From contig NC_068981.1 of NCBI RefSeq assembly GCF_001194135.2, positions 156,033,293 through 156,097,292 of the forward strand: a DNA stretch of 64,000 nucleotides. The letters run 5' to 3'. The stretch is from Octopus bimaculoides (Eukaryota). Below the pieces are notes generated by a model, which ran no database searches, was not told where the DNA came from, and saw only the letters and a list, made by a program, of their open reading frames with translations. Numbering within the stretch: position 1 is the first letter of the stretch; each line of letters begins with the position of its first letter. Both the position numbers and the translations under genes were made by a program. This document shows positions 1 through 60,964 of this stretch, piece after piece.

Positions 1-3000
1 TTCTTATGACTATCATGAGTAGAGTAAGCAAAAATATGATTTACATCAGACATGACTCACAAGTAACCAAGATGCTTGAAACTAGAGTATTCCTACCTCC
101 TTTTACTTCAATTCTTTAACTTAAGGTGTTGTTGGAACAGCTTTATCAGTACACTCCTATTTAATAATACCTAAAGACTAGCACATGTTCTAAGTATAAG
201 ACACTGAGGTTACTAGAATAATGTATTTTATGAAAGAGAGAGCAATACAAATGCATGCGAAGTGGCACAAAATCCCAACTAATTAGTATAGCAGTTGAGT
301 ATATTTTAGATACAATACAGAAAAATATATTGTAGCAAAGAAAAAAAATACTCATTTAACCCAAAAAAACACTTCCACTTTCTCAGTGTGTGTATGTGAG
401 CAGGCTAGATATTAAGCAATATATTAAAAGTACACATGACTTGAGTTTGCAAGCAGTTGGCGGATAAATAAGCTGTCAAGGTGTTGACATGAAGATTATT
501 GCTTTGTATATAATATCATTGGTGCTGCTGCCCCTGCATTGTGCACACTGTTAAATGCACTTTTTCCCTTCTTAAATGAAACTGTAAATAAAAGTTTCAC
601 TGACCCATTGACCTCATGAAACAAATGTTTTGAAGCATAATAGCCAATCAGGGATTGTCTTTCAGTAGATATAATATAAAACTATAGAAAATAGTTTTAT
701 ATAATAAAGTAGTTTTGGGCACTTTAGCCTTTGTTTTCTACATGCACCCATCATTTTCAATTGTAACAGAAAAAACATTTTGGTATTTTTGGCTACACAT
801 ACCAAAACACTACCTTAAAAGAGTTAAGCAGTGTTCTACTTCCCTGAAAAACTAGGATATCAATAACAAAGCAGAATTCAAATTTTGTTACATACTTAAA
901 GAAATCAACAGGCTACCAGACATTCTAAGAATATACTTAAGCTTTATCTACAAAATCACTGACTTGAAGTGGAAAGAGAGGGAAGGCTACAAATAATATC
1001 TTCTATTTGGAGGAAATAAGTGAGAACTCGTAGAGTAAGGAATCATTAATAATGAAATAGCCAGCCAGAAATTCATACATTTACAGAAATAATTAAAAAA
1101 TTTTAAATCTTTATTTTAAAAATAAGGATTTCTTCCTGAGAAATTAGAAAAGAATTGCCAAAGAATTTGTTTAAATCTCACTTTCTTACAATTTGCTGAA
1201 TAAAGATAATAGACTTGATAGCTCATTTAGATTCTTTATAATGAAATTATCAATTGCTAAGGCAAAAGATGTACAGAAGTGAAACAAGTTATATATAGTT
1301 TTCATATCTCATCATAAAAAAAAAAATAAAAAAAAAAAATAAAAAAACTGCAACAAATGGAAACTGATCCATCTTGCCACTTGTATTTTACTCTATATTG
1401 CTTAATACAAGCAATGAAATATTTTTTAATAGATACAAGACTCAGTTTATTTATCTCTTTATTTGTATTTATTTATTTATTTTGCTAGAATAGTAAAATA
1501 AAGTTGATTAATTCCAGGAGTGTGTTATTGATAACACTGGAGACATAAAAGCAAGCTGGCTAGAGCAAAATATATTAAAAAAAAAAAAAAACATAAAAAA
1601 CAGCCACACAATCAGGTATATCACAGCTTAAAATTTGAGATTATTTGAAGAATATAAACGACTTCAGATAATTCTCACAAATGTTTTTGTTTAAAGATGA
1701 AATTAATCACAATTATTTTTTTGCAATGTTCAAAACTAAGAAATAAAGAAAACAAATTAAGCCGAATATAATTTTTTTTCCATAGGAAAATAAATGAAAA
1801 TAACTTCAGAGTTCCGGCAGTTTGAGAAAATAGGTTTTTGAAACAAAAATGAAGAACGAGAAATATTGGGGAAGAAAAAAAATAAAATAACTTGTTAAAC
1901 ATGAGCCCAAAATATATTCACTGGTGGATGAGATTCAGAAGGTCAAAGGTACTGTACAATTTTTTTCTTTTTTTTTTTTTCAACAAAATACAAAGATATT
2001 AGGCAACCATTCATTACTTGAAAAACAAAGAAATTGGTCAGCATTTATAACTAAATATTGCCATTTTTTTAAATATATAAATTGGCATAAGGCCATTGTT
2101 TTGCAAAATAGAAATTAGCTAAATTGACCCCAGAAGAATGAAAGGCAAAGTTATTTCCAGTGGGACCCTCAAGTGAAGAGGGTGAGGGTTTTGAACTAGT
2201 TCTAGTAAAACGTTTAATTGCTACAGCCATCTCCCCTACCCTGATTATGTGAAGTAACTAACAGAAGCAATACAAACAAAATATTTCTAATTGTTGTCAT
2301 CAAAAATTAACAGCAGCCAAACATGTCTTATATAACTGAAAACAGACTTTCTATAATCATTAATTCATTATTACCTAAACAGTATATCTATGAAGTGAAA
2401 GAATTGCGATTAGAACAGAAACTTAAGTTATAGCAAGTGGAGAGGGTTTGAAATTCTCTTTTCCAACAAAGAATTAAAAAAACAAAAAAAAAAAATGACT
2501 TATTTTCAAAATTCCCATATTTATTATTGATAAAGATTTAAACAAAAAGGAAAAAAAAAAGTATGCATAGCACCAAAAATTTCCTGAGAAGTTGTTTGCC
2601 AAGACTTACCAAATATACCAAGCATATTTAGATACTTACATCTTAATTCAAATTAAAATGAAAATTATCATACCTTTTTAAAAGTAAGGTCACAAAATTT
2701 CAAGTCTCTTACTAGAGTCCCAAAATGAACAGCAGAACATAATATCTAATGACTAGTTTGTTCAGATGAATAAAATCTGCATAGATACACTTAGAATTTC
2801 TTACATATTATGAGAAACTGCAATGAAAACCGATTGTCTTAAATATATATTTGTTAACTGAATTTTTTCTATACATCTAGTTTCTGCAATGATGTCTTTG
2901 ATCAGGTTAAGTTAATTTATTATTTTCTCCCAAAAGAAAAAGTGTCTCAAGTAGTAACATAAACAGGCTGACATTACTAAGTTAATTTAGAATTTTATTT

Positions 3001-6000
3001 AACCAATACTTCATTCTTTACAATGGACGGAGATTATTTAGTCTAAATTTAATCAACTATAGATATTTTGTCTGCACTACTAAAGCACCAATATAATTTG
3101 CCAGCTCCCTGTTATAATAATTTTTACATTGGCACAAGGCCGCAATTGGTGGGAGAAGGAGGACAGCTAAATAACTTAATCCCAACAGATGACTGATAGT
3201 TTATTGCTACTAGTTAGACGAAAACAAGTCAACACTGGTATGATTTTGAATCAGAAAGTAGAGAAGATGAAACTAAATATTCTAAGGTATTCAGTCAGGT
3301 GCTCTATAGTTTCTGCTATTCCATCACACACATCAGTTCTAACATAGGCAAAAGGCTTCAAATTGGAAGGGAAGAGAATTAGTCAAGTTTACTAACCCAA
3401 GGAAGTTATGAGTACCTTATTCTATCGACCAGAGAAGATTGAAAGCAAAGTTAGCCCTGGCAGGATTTGAACTCAGAATGTAATGAACTGTATCTAAATA
3501 CAAGACATTCTGCCAGACACTTTACTGATTCTGCCAATCCATTGCCCTATAATAGCAAAGCAACTTAATGGGCAAGTAGAAAATATATTGTAGTAAGCTG
3601 TATAATTTTAGCTGAGAAAAAATACAAGTGACAAATTGAGTTCTTTTTCAACTTGCATTAGATATTTTGTAAAGAAATTTGGATATAACACTTCAGACTA
3701 GTAGTATAATCATGTATCAGAAACAGCTCTAAATGACAATGGTAAATCAAAGATTCTATGGGACTATGACATCCAGACATAGAATAACTGAACACCGTAG
3801 ACTAGATATTGTAGATGACATGGGGTGGGGGAAGAATATTTCATAAAATATGCAATTCTTTCAGACAAAAATATTGTAGACAACGAAGTAGAAAAGATGT
3901 CAAAATATGTGAAATTATAAATAGAAATATGCAAGAATGCCCAGCAGCAAAAGTTAAAGTTGCAGCAGTTATAATTGAAGCATTAGGGTTAATCCTGATA
4001 ATATAAATAAAAAAAAAAATCATGCCACCTGGTACAGTTGGACATCAGGACAAACATGTGAATGCTCCCAGAATTTACTCTTTGGAACAGCTCATATTCT
4101 CACAAAACTATTTTCTGTCGGAGACCTTTTGTTGAGGCTTGGCAGTTTGTTTGAAGAAAAATAAAACAGGATTAGATCCCTACTGTGCACTGGAGAAATA
4201 GTTGTTTCTAACACAGTCAGAAAGCCAGAAATTGGGGATGGGGAATAGGCAGTTAAATTGATCCAACACTTGGCTGGTATTTTATTTGATTGATCCTGAA
4301 GGGATGAAAAGCAAAACTGACTTGGAAGGATATGAACTTAAAACAATGACTAAAAGATAGGGTTTGAAAATCTCATATATAGACACCTAGAATATCTTGC
4401 ATATATTGTTGGTTGCATCAGGGTAAGACAGGTTGCAGTATACTGATAGAACAAATCTACCAATAATAAATATATTCTCACAACAAATGTCACCCAACTT
4501 AAAAGAATAACTTATTTCTAAATTAAGAAAAACAAAAAAAAAGCATAAGAACCTTGTAAGAATTGCTTTGAATTTCATAAAATAACAGTAAGTTTCTGCC
4601 AAGAATAAACATTTCACCTACTTCACTTTCTTAGAATTCTTCCTATAATAAACTAAACTATATAAAAAAAAAATTATGTCAGCAAAGAGAACTAGAAGAA
4701 CAAAAATAGCATCTATTCTGAATCCTTTGGCACACAAATGCCATATAGTCATCACCCAAATAATTCTGAGACCTTTATCAGAAAGTGAATCTTCAATCAA
4801 AAAAAAGTTCAACTACATATTTCTATTGCAGCAAACTAATATGTCAATACCTTCACCCCAATGACATGTATTTATTCTGAATATAGATTTAAAAGTTCTA
4901 GAAAAATATATGGGTATAAATATATTTCATTATCTCATTTAAATGGTGAAAAATTTTTTAAAAAATGTTTACATATTCTGATATAATATAGCATTACACT
5001 AAATTGTCAGGAAATGAAAGATTTAAGATCTTACAATTCTTTTTATGTAAATTTGAATATTCTGAAAGAAACACATAACCACAGTTAAATAATTTACTTG
5101 TAGCAAACAATACAAAGATACAAATCTTAGAAAATATTCAATATACACAATTTTTAACTGCCGCTTTATGAAGTTACAAACATTTTGAAAGGTAAAAAAA
5201 AAAATCAAGTTACAACACCGAAAACATTCATTGGAGAGGCAGAAGAAGAGAAAATCAATAGCATTTTATTAACGTCATTTAATGCAACCTCTGTGAAGTA
5301 CCATATATATATATATTTTTTTTTTTTTGTTCAATATGGATGGATTGGTATATATAATGGTTGAAACAATTCATTTTTTCCCCTTTACTAGGTCAGTCAC
5401 TTTTCATTCAATTGAAAGTGACACACAAAGCAATTACATTCATTAAACTGTAGCAGTGCAAATGTATCAACAGACTCATGGTTCTGAACACTCAACAAGG
5501 GAATACTTGTGAGATACCAGCACAGAGAAAAGTAAAACTAGCCAATGCAAATAGAGATCTTGCTTTTATGTTAACAGATAGCCTATTAAATTTAGTAGTT
5601 TTGAAATTAAATGTAAACTGAAACCTTACTAATATCAGACGAGATAAGTCTCAATATTGAGCAGTTGTTGTTACTCAAGTGCAAGAGTACATTAGAAATA
5701 TGTTCGAATAAGAAAAATTGTGAAAGTACAATTTTCTAAATGTGAACAAAATTAAACACCATTAAAAGTAGCTACAGATGCTGATGCTGCTGTTGTCAAC
5801 TAATTTACCATTAGTGTTGCTGGGGGAGTAAGCAGATTCCTATCAAATTACTCAAGTTTTGCCCAAACAAATGCCACTTATTAAGTGTGATTAAGAAATC
5901 CACAAGCAGTCAGAAGGCATAGCAACAAACTTCAGATGGTATAAAGGGACCTGTATCTAAAGCTTGATGAAGCCAGCGAACAAGATTCAATCAGAAAAAG

Positions 6001-6838
6001 CAACATTCTCTGGGAGTATTTTCCTTCCCTTCCATCAAAGTAGGTTTGCAGTAGTTTTCAAAATGTCATGTAAAAGTCCATTATAAAGACACAAAGTTAA
6101 ACTTTAATCCAGTTTTAATTCCCATACTGAGAAACAAAACACAACCAAAACCTTATGTATGGAGAAACAATTTACCATTACACGCTCACCAATGTTGGGA
6201 TATAAAAAGTTTATTTCTTTGACCAAGACATTGTGCTATAAATCTTTATAAGCACAACAGTTAACTGCTCATCCAGTATTTACTCAGCCAAAAGAAATTA
6301 TCCTCTTAATGAAATCATTTCTTGAAATGTTTCACTCAGAATGTTCTTACATTCTGTGTAGACAGGTGAGAGACTGAGGTAGTAGTTTCTAAGAAAAATG
6401 TGTTTTTAGTTCAGTCATGAAATTTAATTGTATTCTGAAAGAATTACAAGATCACCTGAACATATATGCCAGAGTCTGCTAACAGAAATAAATAAAATGT
6501 TCAAACAAAAACGTTTCAAAACAGAACAGAATTCAGGTTTTCCTCTTGTCTTAAAGTAAACATATTTGTTGTAAGTATTAAAGAAAAAGAAATATTCCAT
6601 TATGTGAGAATACTGCTTCTCTGAGAAAAGAACTAACTTTATAATAAATAATAATACTGCGAAAATAAACATGAAAATTAAAATTCTGAAACTTCAAATT
6701 TAATGAAAATAAAAAAAATAGACAAAACAAAAACTTGCTGGAAAGCTGCAAAGGGAACATTCATCACATTCTGTGATAGGAGAGTGAAGGCAGTTGTATT
6801 GCCCGGTGTTTACAAAAAAGGGATGGATGACTACAGAG

Positions 6839-54677
<47,839 letters not shown>

Positions 54678-55013
54678 AGTAATTGGTGCGCTAAAAATGT
54701 TAGTAATGCAACGTTTAAAAGGAATTAGTGTTTTAGTAATTAAGATTGTCTATCCGTGGTGTTGGTCACCGGTTAAATATTCATGTGGAATATATAGTAC
54801 TTCAGCAGATAAAGAGCGAGAGTCGTTTAAAGGGAAGTCACTCGTCATTAACGTCTGAAACTGGCTGATGCGAAAAAATAAACGTTATGTATTGATCCAA
54901 ATTTAATATCCGAACAATATATATTTACTTAAATTTGAATATGTGCATATATATATTTATGTGCATATTATGTAAATACTAAAAAAAAATCCAATTAAAA
55001 AAGTTTAGTAGCC
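54678..55013 (-). promoter_or_regulatory. Probable IPO4 5' UTR and core promoter between the tRNA and the ATG
   Basis: Position only; locally more CpGs, with the pyrimidine tract CTCTCGCTCTTT at ~54813-54824. TSS cannot be determined from sequence. Confidence 0.45.
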
Positions 55014-55085
55014 TGCCGTGACCAGGATTCGAACCTGGGTTACCACGGCCACAACGTGGGGTCCTAACCACTAGACGATCACGGC
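55014..55085 (-). tRNA. tRNA-His (anticodon GTG)
   Basis: GCCGTGATCGTCTAGTGGTTAGGACCCCACGTTGTGGCCGTGGTAACCCAGGTTCGAATCCTGGTCACGGCA folds as a complete cloverleaf with A and B boxes. A T6 Pol III terminator follows about 12 nt downstream. G-1 is not encoded, as expected for Thg1 addition. Confidence 0.97.
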
Positions 55086-56663
55086 TACCAGGCTACTGAC
55101 AACCGGGAGATTAAAATATATAGAATCATTATTACACGTTGAAACGTTGGCTGCTTTGAGTTTTGTTTTGGTTCTTTTCTAACTGTATATTGCAATTGAT
55201 GTTAACCTAACTTATAGATGTAGCGACTAAATTTACTTAAACATTTTTCATGATTTCCTGTTTCAATCATTAACATGAAAGCTGATATTTGACATAATTG
55301 TTACTTATGATATTTATAATCTGTTAAAAAAAAACACGTATTAATTATATCATAAGTGTAATTTTTTTTTGGTTAAGCTATTAAAAAAAAAGGAACTAGT
55401 TTCTTTTCTTTCTAATTTTTTTTATGTGACAGTTTCATATACATTTCACTAACGAGAGTTCTAATCATTCTTGATTCGACTTCTTTGCGTTTTATATTTT
55501 AGTATTGATCAAATAAATTCTAGTTAAATATTGACGTTTTTTCAATCGCTATAGTTAATTTATGTAATTAAGTGACGTCAATTTATATATTTATTAAACT
55601 GTTAAAGTAAATAGGTTTTTTTTGTGGGGGGGGGGAGCACTGTTTAATCAGAAGAAGAAAGAAGGCAACTATGTGATTTTTTTATTTTACCGGTGTCTCC
55701 ATGACTGATGGGAGGGAAATCGAAAGTTATCTTCAAACGAGACGCAACCAGAATTAAATAAACAGAGAGAACTCTGCCAAAGACAACCAAGGCTCAAGTG
55801 GTGGTGTTTAACGGGTTAAGTCTACCACCCAAGAACAGAGCACTTGGAACTGGAACAAATACTGCAAGGCATTTTGTCCTACGCTTTAACTACCTGTCTT
55901 TGCGTCGCCTATTAGTCTGGTAAATGTAAAGTTTAGCGTGCTTTAGTCTTCTTTACTCTACGGATATAAGTCGACGTATTTGACTGGTAATCTATTTCTT
56001 CGACCCCATATCAACGTAGACTTAACTAACAATACCCCTTCTACGCAAATACATGCTGTTGAAACTGCGTGAGAAATAGGATACCTGGCAAAAAACTGTT
56101 GCTAATTTTCGTTACGTCTTTCTATAAGTGCTTCAGGGTAGATATAGGATAACATAATTTCTGCCAGAATATGAAGACTACATTGCAAACAAGAAGTGAT
56201 GCTATTTCAACTTTAATTTACATCGATCATGCCTCAGCCTGAATTTGTTACCTCATAACTTTCTGAATAAAGCAATATCTTTATTTTAAAAGGATGGAGG
56301 TAACATTGGATTATCTAGTTCATCTTCGAAACATCTTCGAAAAATTTGAGAAAAAAAAAAGACCCACAAAATCAAAACTAATAACAACTGCAGATAGATA
56401 AAATACACATTGTACCCCTGGACCCAACTCTAACCGTAACTTACATATTTAAAAACTCGAAACTTATTGTCATTCAATCGCAGAGTTATGACCCTCTAAT
56501 GTTAACTTAGAGTAGAAGAGATATTGCTGATTAAGTCTATGTTAATATGCCTCCTAATTTTTCTATTACCTGTTTCAACTATGAGACTGCGACCAAATTG
56601 GAGCATCACCTTGAAGGGTTTCGTCGAACAAATCAACCCCAGTACTTAATTTTTTAACCCTGG

Positions 56664-57172
56664 GGCGAAATTCTGGTTTATAATTCCCTCAAATCCTTTA
56701 TTTTTTAGAATTTTCAGAAAAGTTTTGCGAATTTGTATTCTGTGTGGGAATTCATATAATTTTTTTTTAATTTTCTTTTTAATTTTTTTAACCCCCATCC
56801 CCATAAATCTTAAAAGCTCCACTCTCCGAATATTTTTTTAGAATCAGAGTTTAAAATACGTACAGTCAGAATTTTTTATTTAAATTCCAGCAATGGACCA
56901 CCCTTGGGTGCATCATCATTCCATAAAATGTGTTTATGGGGAAAAAAATATTGAAAAACATCGATACATGTCAGGGTGAAAAACATCGATACATGCCAGT
57001 GGTTGCGAGATGTGCTAAAAATAACACCATAATCACCCTTCAATCACACACAAGTTTTGTTTGTTTTTATAATCGTATGAATTCCCGTGTATAGAACACA
57101 AACTGGCAAAAATTTTCTGAAAATTCCACACGATAAAAAAGTTATGTAGAGTGCTTAAACCAGAATTCCGCC
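56664..57172. mobile_element. MITE with GGC termini (Merlin-like), nested inside a SINE
   Basis: 17-bp TIRs GGCGAAATTCTGGTTTA / TAAACCAGAATTCCGCC (one mismatch); 8-bp TSD AACCCTGG / AAGCCTGG. Confidence 0.75.
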
Positions 57173-57619
57173 AAGCCTGGTACTGATGCGGTCGTTCATT
57201 TTTGCCGAATCGCTAAGTTACGGGTACATAAACAAACCAGCATCGTTTGTCGAACGGTGATTGGGGATAAACACGGACACATACAGACAACACACACATA
57301 CACACACACACACACATATTTCAACAAAATTTTATACCCAAGGTTTGGCATCCACAAGGCTTTGCTTTGTGGACAGCTCGTCAGACTCTATATAAGTACA
57401 AAGCTACAAAAAATACGTCGCAGACGCGAAGAAACGCTCAGAACTCGAGCATTACGTCCTAAGGTAAAAAAAAAAAAAAAGTTAATGAGGACAGATTATC
57501 TCCCCTGGATCAGGGGAGAAAAAAATCCCTTATAGACCCGAAGAAGCCTAAATAGGAAACGGGGAGATCCAATTTTCCAGTAAGCAGCGCTTGAAGTGGA
57601 TACATTTAGAAAACACTTC

Positions 57620-59771
57620 TTTACGGCCGTTTAATGCACCAGGTTTCTTATAGTCCTTAATTCCACCAATTCTTTATAGTTTCCTTTCCTTTTGTTTCTG
57701 AGAAATCCCTTCGCAACTTGAATGCTTCCCAAGCAGCTTTCTCCTCCCCATGAAGGGGTAATTCAGAATCATCATCTTTAAGAAGCTCTCGAATCTGAGG
57801 ACCAATGAAAACTCCCTCTTTTATCTTAGCGTCGCTCAGTGTGGGGAATTTTGATGTTAAATATTTGAGTCTCTGACCAAGTTTGTCCATAGCTTTTACG
57901 AAACTTTTCATGAGTCCCAGTTTTATGTGTAGTGGTTGTAGCAAAATTTTGTTTGGTTCAATGAATGGTGGATGCTGAAAATTTTTCATCTCAGGCTCCA
58001 CTGATTGACAAGGTTGTCAGTCTCCCCTGGTATAGTGAGAACCTCTTGTATGGCTGTCCCATTCACACAGAAAGCAGTACTTGGTGTATCCACCCTGCAA
58101 GCCCATCATAAGAGCAACAACATTTAAGTCACCACAGAACTGCCATTGAGGTTCATCATATTTTATGCATTGTAACGTACGCTTTATATTCTTATAAGCT
58201 TCTTTCATGTGTGGTGCATAGCCCGCAGGAAGTGATTGTTCGCTATTGCTGTTATGCAGCAAGACACCCTTCACACTCGTTTTTGATGAATCTATGAACA
58301 GCCTCCAGTGTCTGGGTTCGTATTCAATGCCAAGTGCTTCCATGAGACTATTAATATTGTTGCAGATCAAGGCGGCGAACTTCAGAAACGTTAGCATGCC
58401 GGGCGAAATGCTTAGCGGTATTTCGTCTGTCTGTACGTTCTGGGTTCAAATTCCGCCGAGGTCGAGTTTGCCTTTCATCCTTTCGGGGTCGATAAATTAA
58501 GTATCAGTTGTGTACTGGGGTTGATCTAATCGACTGGGCCCATCCTCACAAATTTCGGGCCTTGTGCCTAGAGTAGAAAAGAATATTGATGCAGGTCACT
58601 AAATCACCTTCCATTACGAAGAAATCGTTGAACTGCTGCTGACGATCGCGAAATTTTGAAATTTTCCCATCAGCCGCTAGGAGATTCCACTGTTGAAGAC
58701 GAGAGCCTAGCGGCAATGCCTTATTCTTAGTAGTTGCAGATCCCTGACAAGGTCATGAAGTTCCCCTTGTGTTATGAGATGTGGCCTAGAGGAGTGAGCT
58801 TTATCAAAATTTGGGCTACTCTGTAATCCAGCACTGTCATCCTTCTCTGCTTCCTCCTCATCATTTTCCTCATCTGACTCGAAGGATACCGAAGCTGGTG
58901 CATCAGGAATAGGTAGCCCTTCTCCATGTGGAACTGGGCGAATAGCTGATGGAATGTTTGAATATTCAATAGACTCCCTTTTCTTCTTTGACAAGCCCTT
59001 TTGTACTGGGGTTACCATGCAGAAATAACAACTGTGGTATGGTCTGTTAGCTCCCTCCACCTCATTAGCACAACAAAAGGCATTCTTCTCCGCTTTCTGT
59101 TCAACCATTGGCGAACGTTAGTAGCACAAGCGTTGCAGCATATGTGAGGAGCTCAGTTCTTATCCTGGTCACGAATCTTGCATCCAAAATATAGATGATC
59201 TGCCTTTCTAACCATAGCAGTTATACGGCGTTTCTGTAATGCAAAGGTCGCTCTACCACAAAAGTAGCAGAAGTTGTCTGCCTTATTCACACAAGTATGA
59301 GGCATCTGAAAGAAGAAAACAACAAACTATAAGAAGATAAGCAGAAAATTTGTTCATAAATTTATCATTAACATACAGAGCATGACAACTTAGCAGAATT
59401 ATTTATATTATTCAGTAGGAAAACGAAATTAATATAGAGTGTCTCACATGCATGTCAAAAGCTTGCTCAATGGATATTTATCATAAGTTTAAAAACGTGT
59501 TTGACCAGGAAAATCACCTACCATTCAACTCAGAATGTAAACAGTACAACCACCTTCTATTACTGCTGGAACAATACTGAAGGACAGTGAGACTGTGAGA
59601 GTGGTAAGAAACACAGAGCCGCTAGCGTGTTGGAACCTGTTGTGACACGTAGGTGTATCTTGAAAAGCGGAGCTAACAAATAAATTTAACCATGATATTC
59701 ATTATCGTCGACCTAAAATTAATTGGAAAGTTCTACTCTGGTCTCGGAAGCATTTTTGTTGTTGACCAGTG
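57620..59771 (-). mobile_element. Chapaev3-like (CMC, RAG1/Transib-related) DNA transposon, degenerate and truncated at the left
   Basis: MPHTCVNKADNFCYFCG, PHICCNAC, CYFCMV, WRLFIDSSK, CGDL..LQGGYTKYCFLCEWDS, PLHIKLGLMK, KIKEGVFIGPQIR. Terminus CACTG is flanked by a TWA trinucleotide (59772-59774). Superfamily assignment is from recalled family motifs. Confidence 0.75.
58370..58581 (+). mobile_element. tRNA-derived SINE, family 2, inserted in the Chapaev-like transposase; other copies at ~3130-3550, 4215-4350, 7295-7680, 20705-20900, 22545-22730, 30340-30820, 55790-56040
   Basis: 17-bp TSD AATATTGTTGCAGATCA / AATATTGATGCAGGTCA; body GGGTTCAAATTCCGCCGAGGTCGAGTTTGCCTTTCATCCTTTCGGGGTCGATAAA. 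Confidence 0.88.
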
Positions 59772-59959
59772 TAATCAATTCCAGGGAATCTAAACTTAGA
59801 ATTTCAGAGCAGAGATAAACCGAAGCAAGGTGCCCGAACTTTTTTTAGTATTTCAGTCATCACCCAACAAAAAGCTTCTAATATCTTAGAAGCAGAGTAT
59901 GAGAAGCAATCATATTTATGAAGGGTTTTATTGTGTTATTATTTCTTATTTTTGACCGA

Positions 59960-60175
59960 AATTAGCCCTGATTGAGTTAACATATGATCAAAGATGTTTA
60001 ATCCGTGACCACCACTTCATTCTGCATAGCATAGTGTTTATATGTACTACAGTGTCCCGTATTATCTGTACCATATCCTCCCTTTTGTAAGATTGTAAGG
60101 TATTATTCAAGTGAGATTTGTATGTTCTATTTAGCAAGTAACCCAGCGCGTAAGAGGTCCCTTTGTTAGTTTCAG
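59960..60175 (+). repeat. Old unclassified interspersed repeat; related copies at ~12525-12720, 13660-13800, 34280-34460, 37620-37800, 52440-52560
   Basis: Shared blocks 'tatgatcaaag', 'acattatcc' and 'atttggctgctatttctagc' recur in both orientations. Confidence 0.55.
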
Positions 60176-60744
60176 TCTTATTTATGCATCTCCGAAGAGT
60201 GTTTAAACAACAAAAATGAGCTTCTGCTCAGGATATGAAAACATAGTGCTTCTGGGAGATTATTAACTTTTATCATACATTATTACTTGTAGATTGCAAC
60301 TTATAATAAAATAATTCGAAATACCCTTCAGGTATAGAGTTTGTTTGTGTGTGTGTGTGTGTGTGTGTGTGGTGACGAGTTTTGAAAAGTGAAACACTAT
60401 ATTATAAGTTAATTGTGTGCTTTCTTTTAACAACTAGGCGAACATAACTCGAAAATAAATTGTCAAAGTTGATAGTTACTCCCCTTGGAAATGACTGCTT
60501 ATTTTCCTTCAAACAAAATTGTTAATATGAGTATCTTTGCAGATATAATTTTTTTTCTAATGGTAGAATGAACTCCATAAAGTTTCTCTCCAGTTCCACC
60601 ACTTTTTTTCTTCTAATCTTAGTTTACATGAAGGAAAAATTGAGTCATTAACTTTTGTAAGCGCTCCCAGATTAGAGAAAGAACAACGTGTATATATANN
60701 NNNNNNNNNNNNNNNNNNNNNNNNNNNNNNNNNNNNNNTATATA

Positions 60745-60890
60745 TATTATTTACATTATTTACACTTGACGGATATTTATCCTCATTTTGTTTGTTGTTA
60801 ACACAACGTTTCGGCTGATATACCCTCCAGCTTTCATCAGGTGTCTTGGGGAAAATTTCTAACCTGGGTTTTCATTCTTAAGGTATTTTT
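60745..60890 (-). mobile_element. Short Penelope-like (pLTR-derived) element carrying the hammerhead
   Basis: ACGTTTCGGC..TCATCAG signature on the + strand, lying between a (TA)n and a (TTG)n microsatellite. Confidence 0.55.
60800..60845 (-). ncRNA. Minimal type I hammerhead ribozyme (Penelope-like element type)
   Basis: GACAC-CTGATGA-AAGCTG-gagggtatat-CAGCC-GAAA-C-GTT-GTGTT. Stem I is GACAC/GTGTT, stem II GCTG/CAGC, and stem III is the palindrome AACGTT. Confidence 0.72.
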
Positions 60891-60907
60891 TAAATGTTGT
60901 TGTTGCT

Positions 60908-60940
<33 letters not shown>

Positions 60941-60964
60941 ATTTTTATTATTATTTTGTTATCT

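Noticed and set aside
161-6760. Short F/L/I/K-rich ORFs (60-82 aa) downstream of IPO4
   Set aside because: Composition expected from AT-rich non-coding DNA, with no motifs or consistent splice structure.
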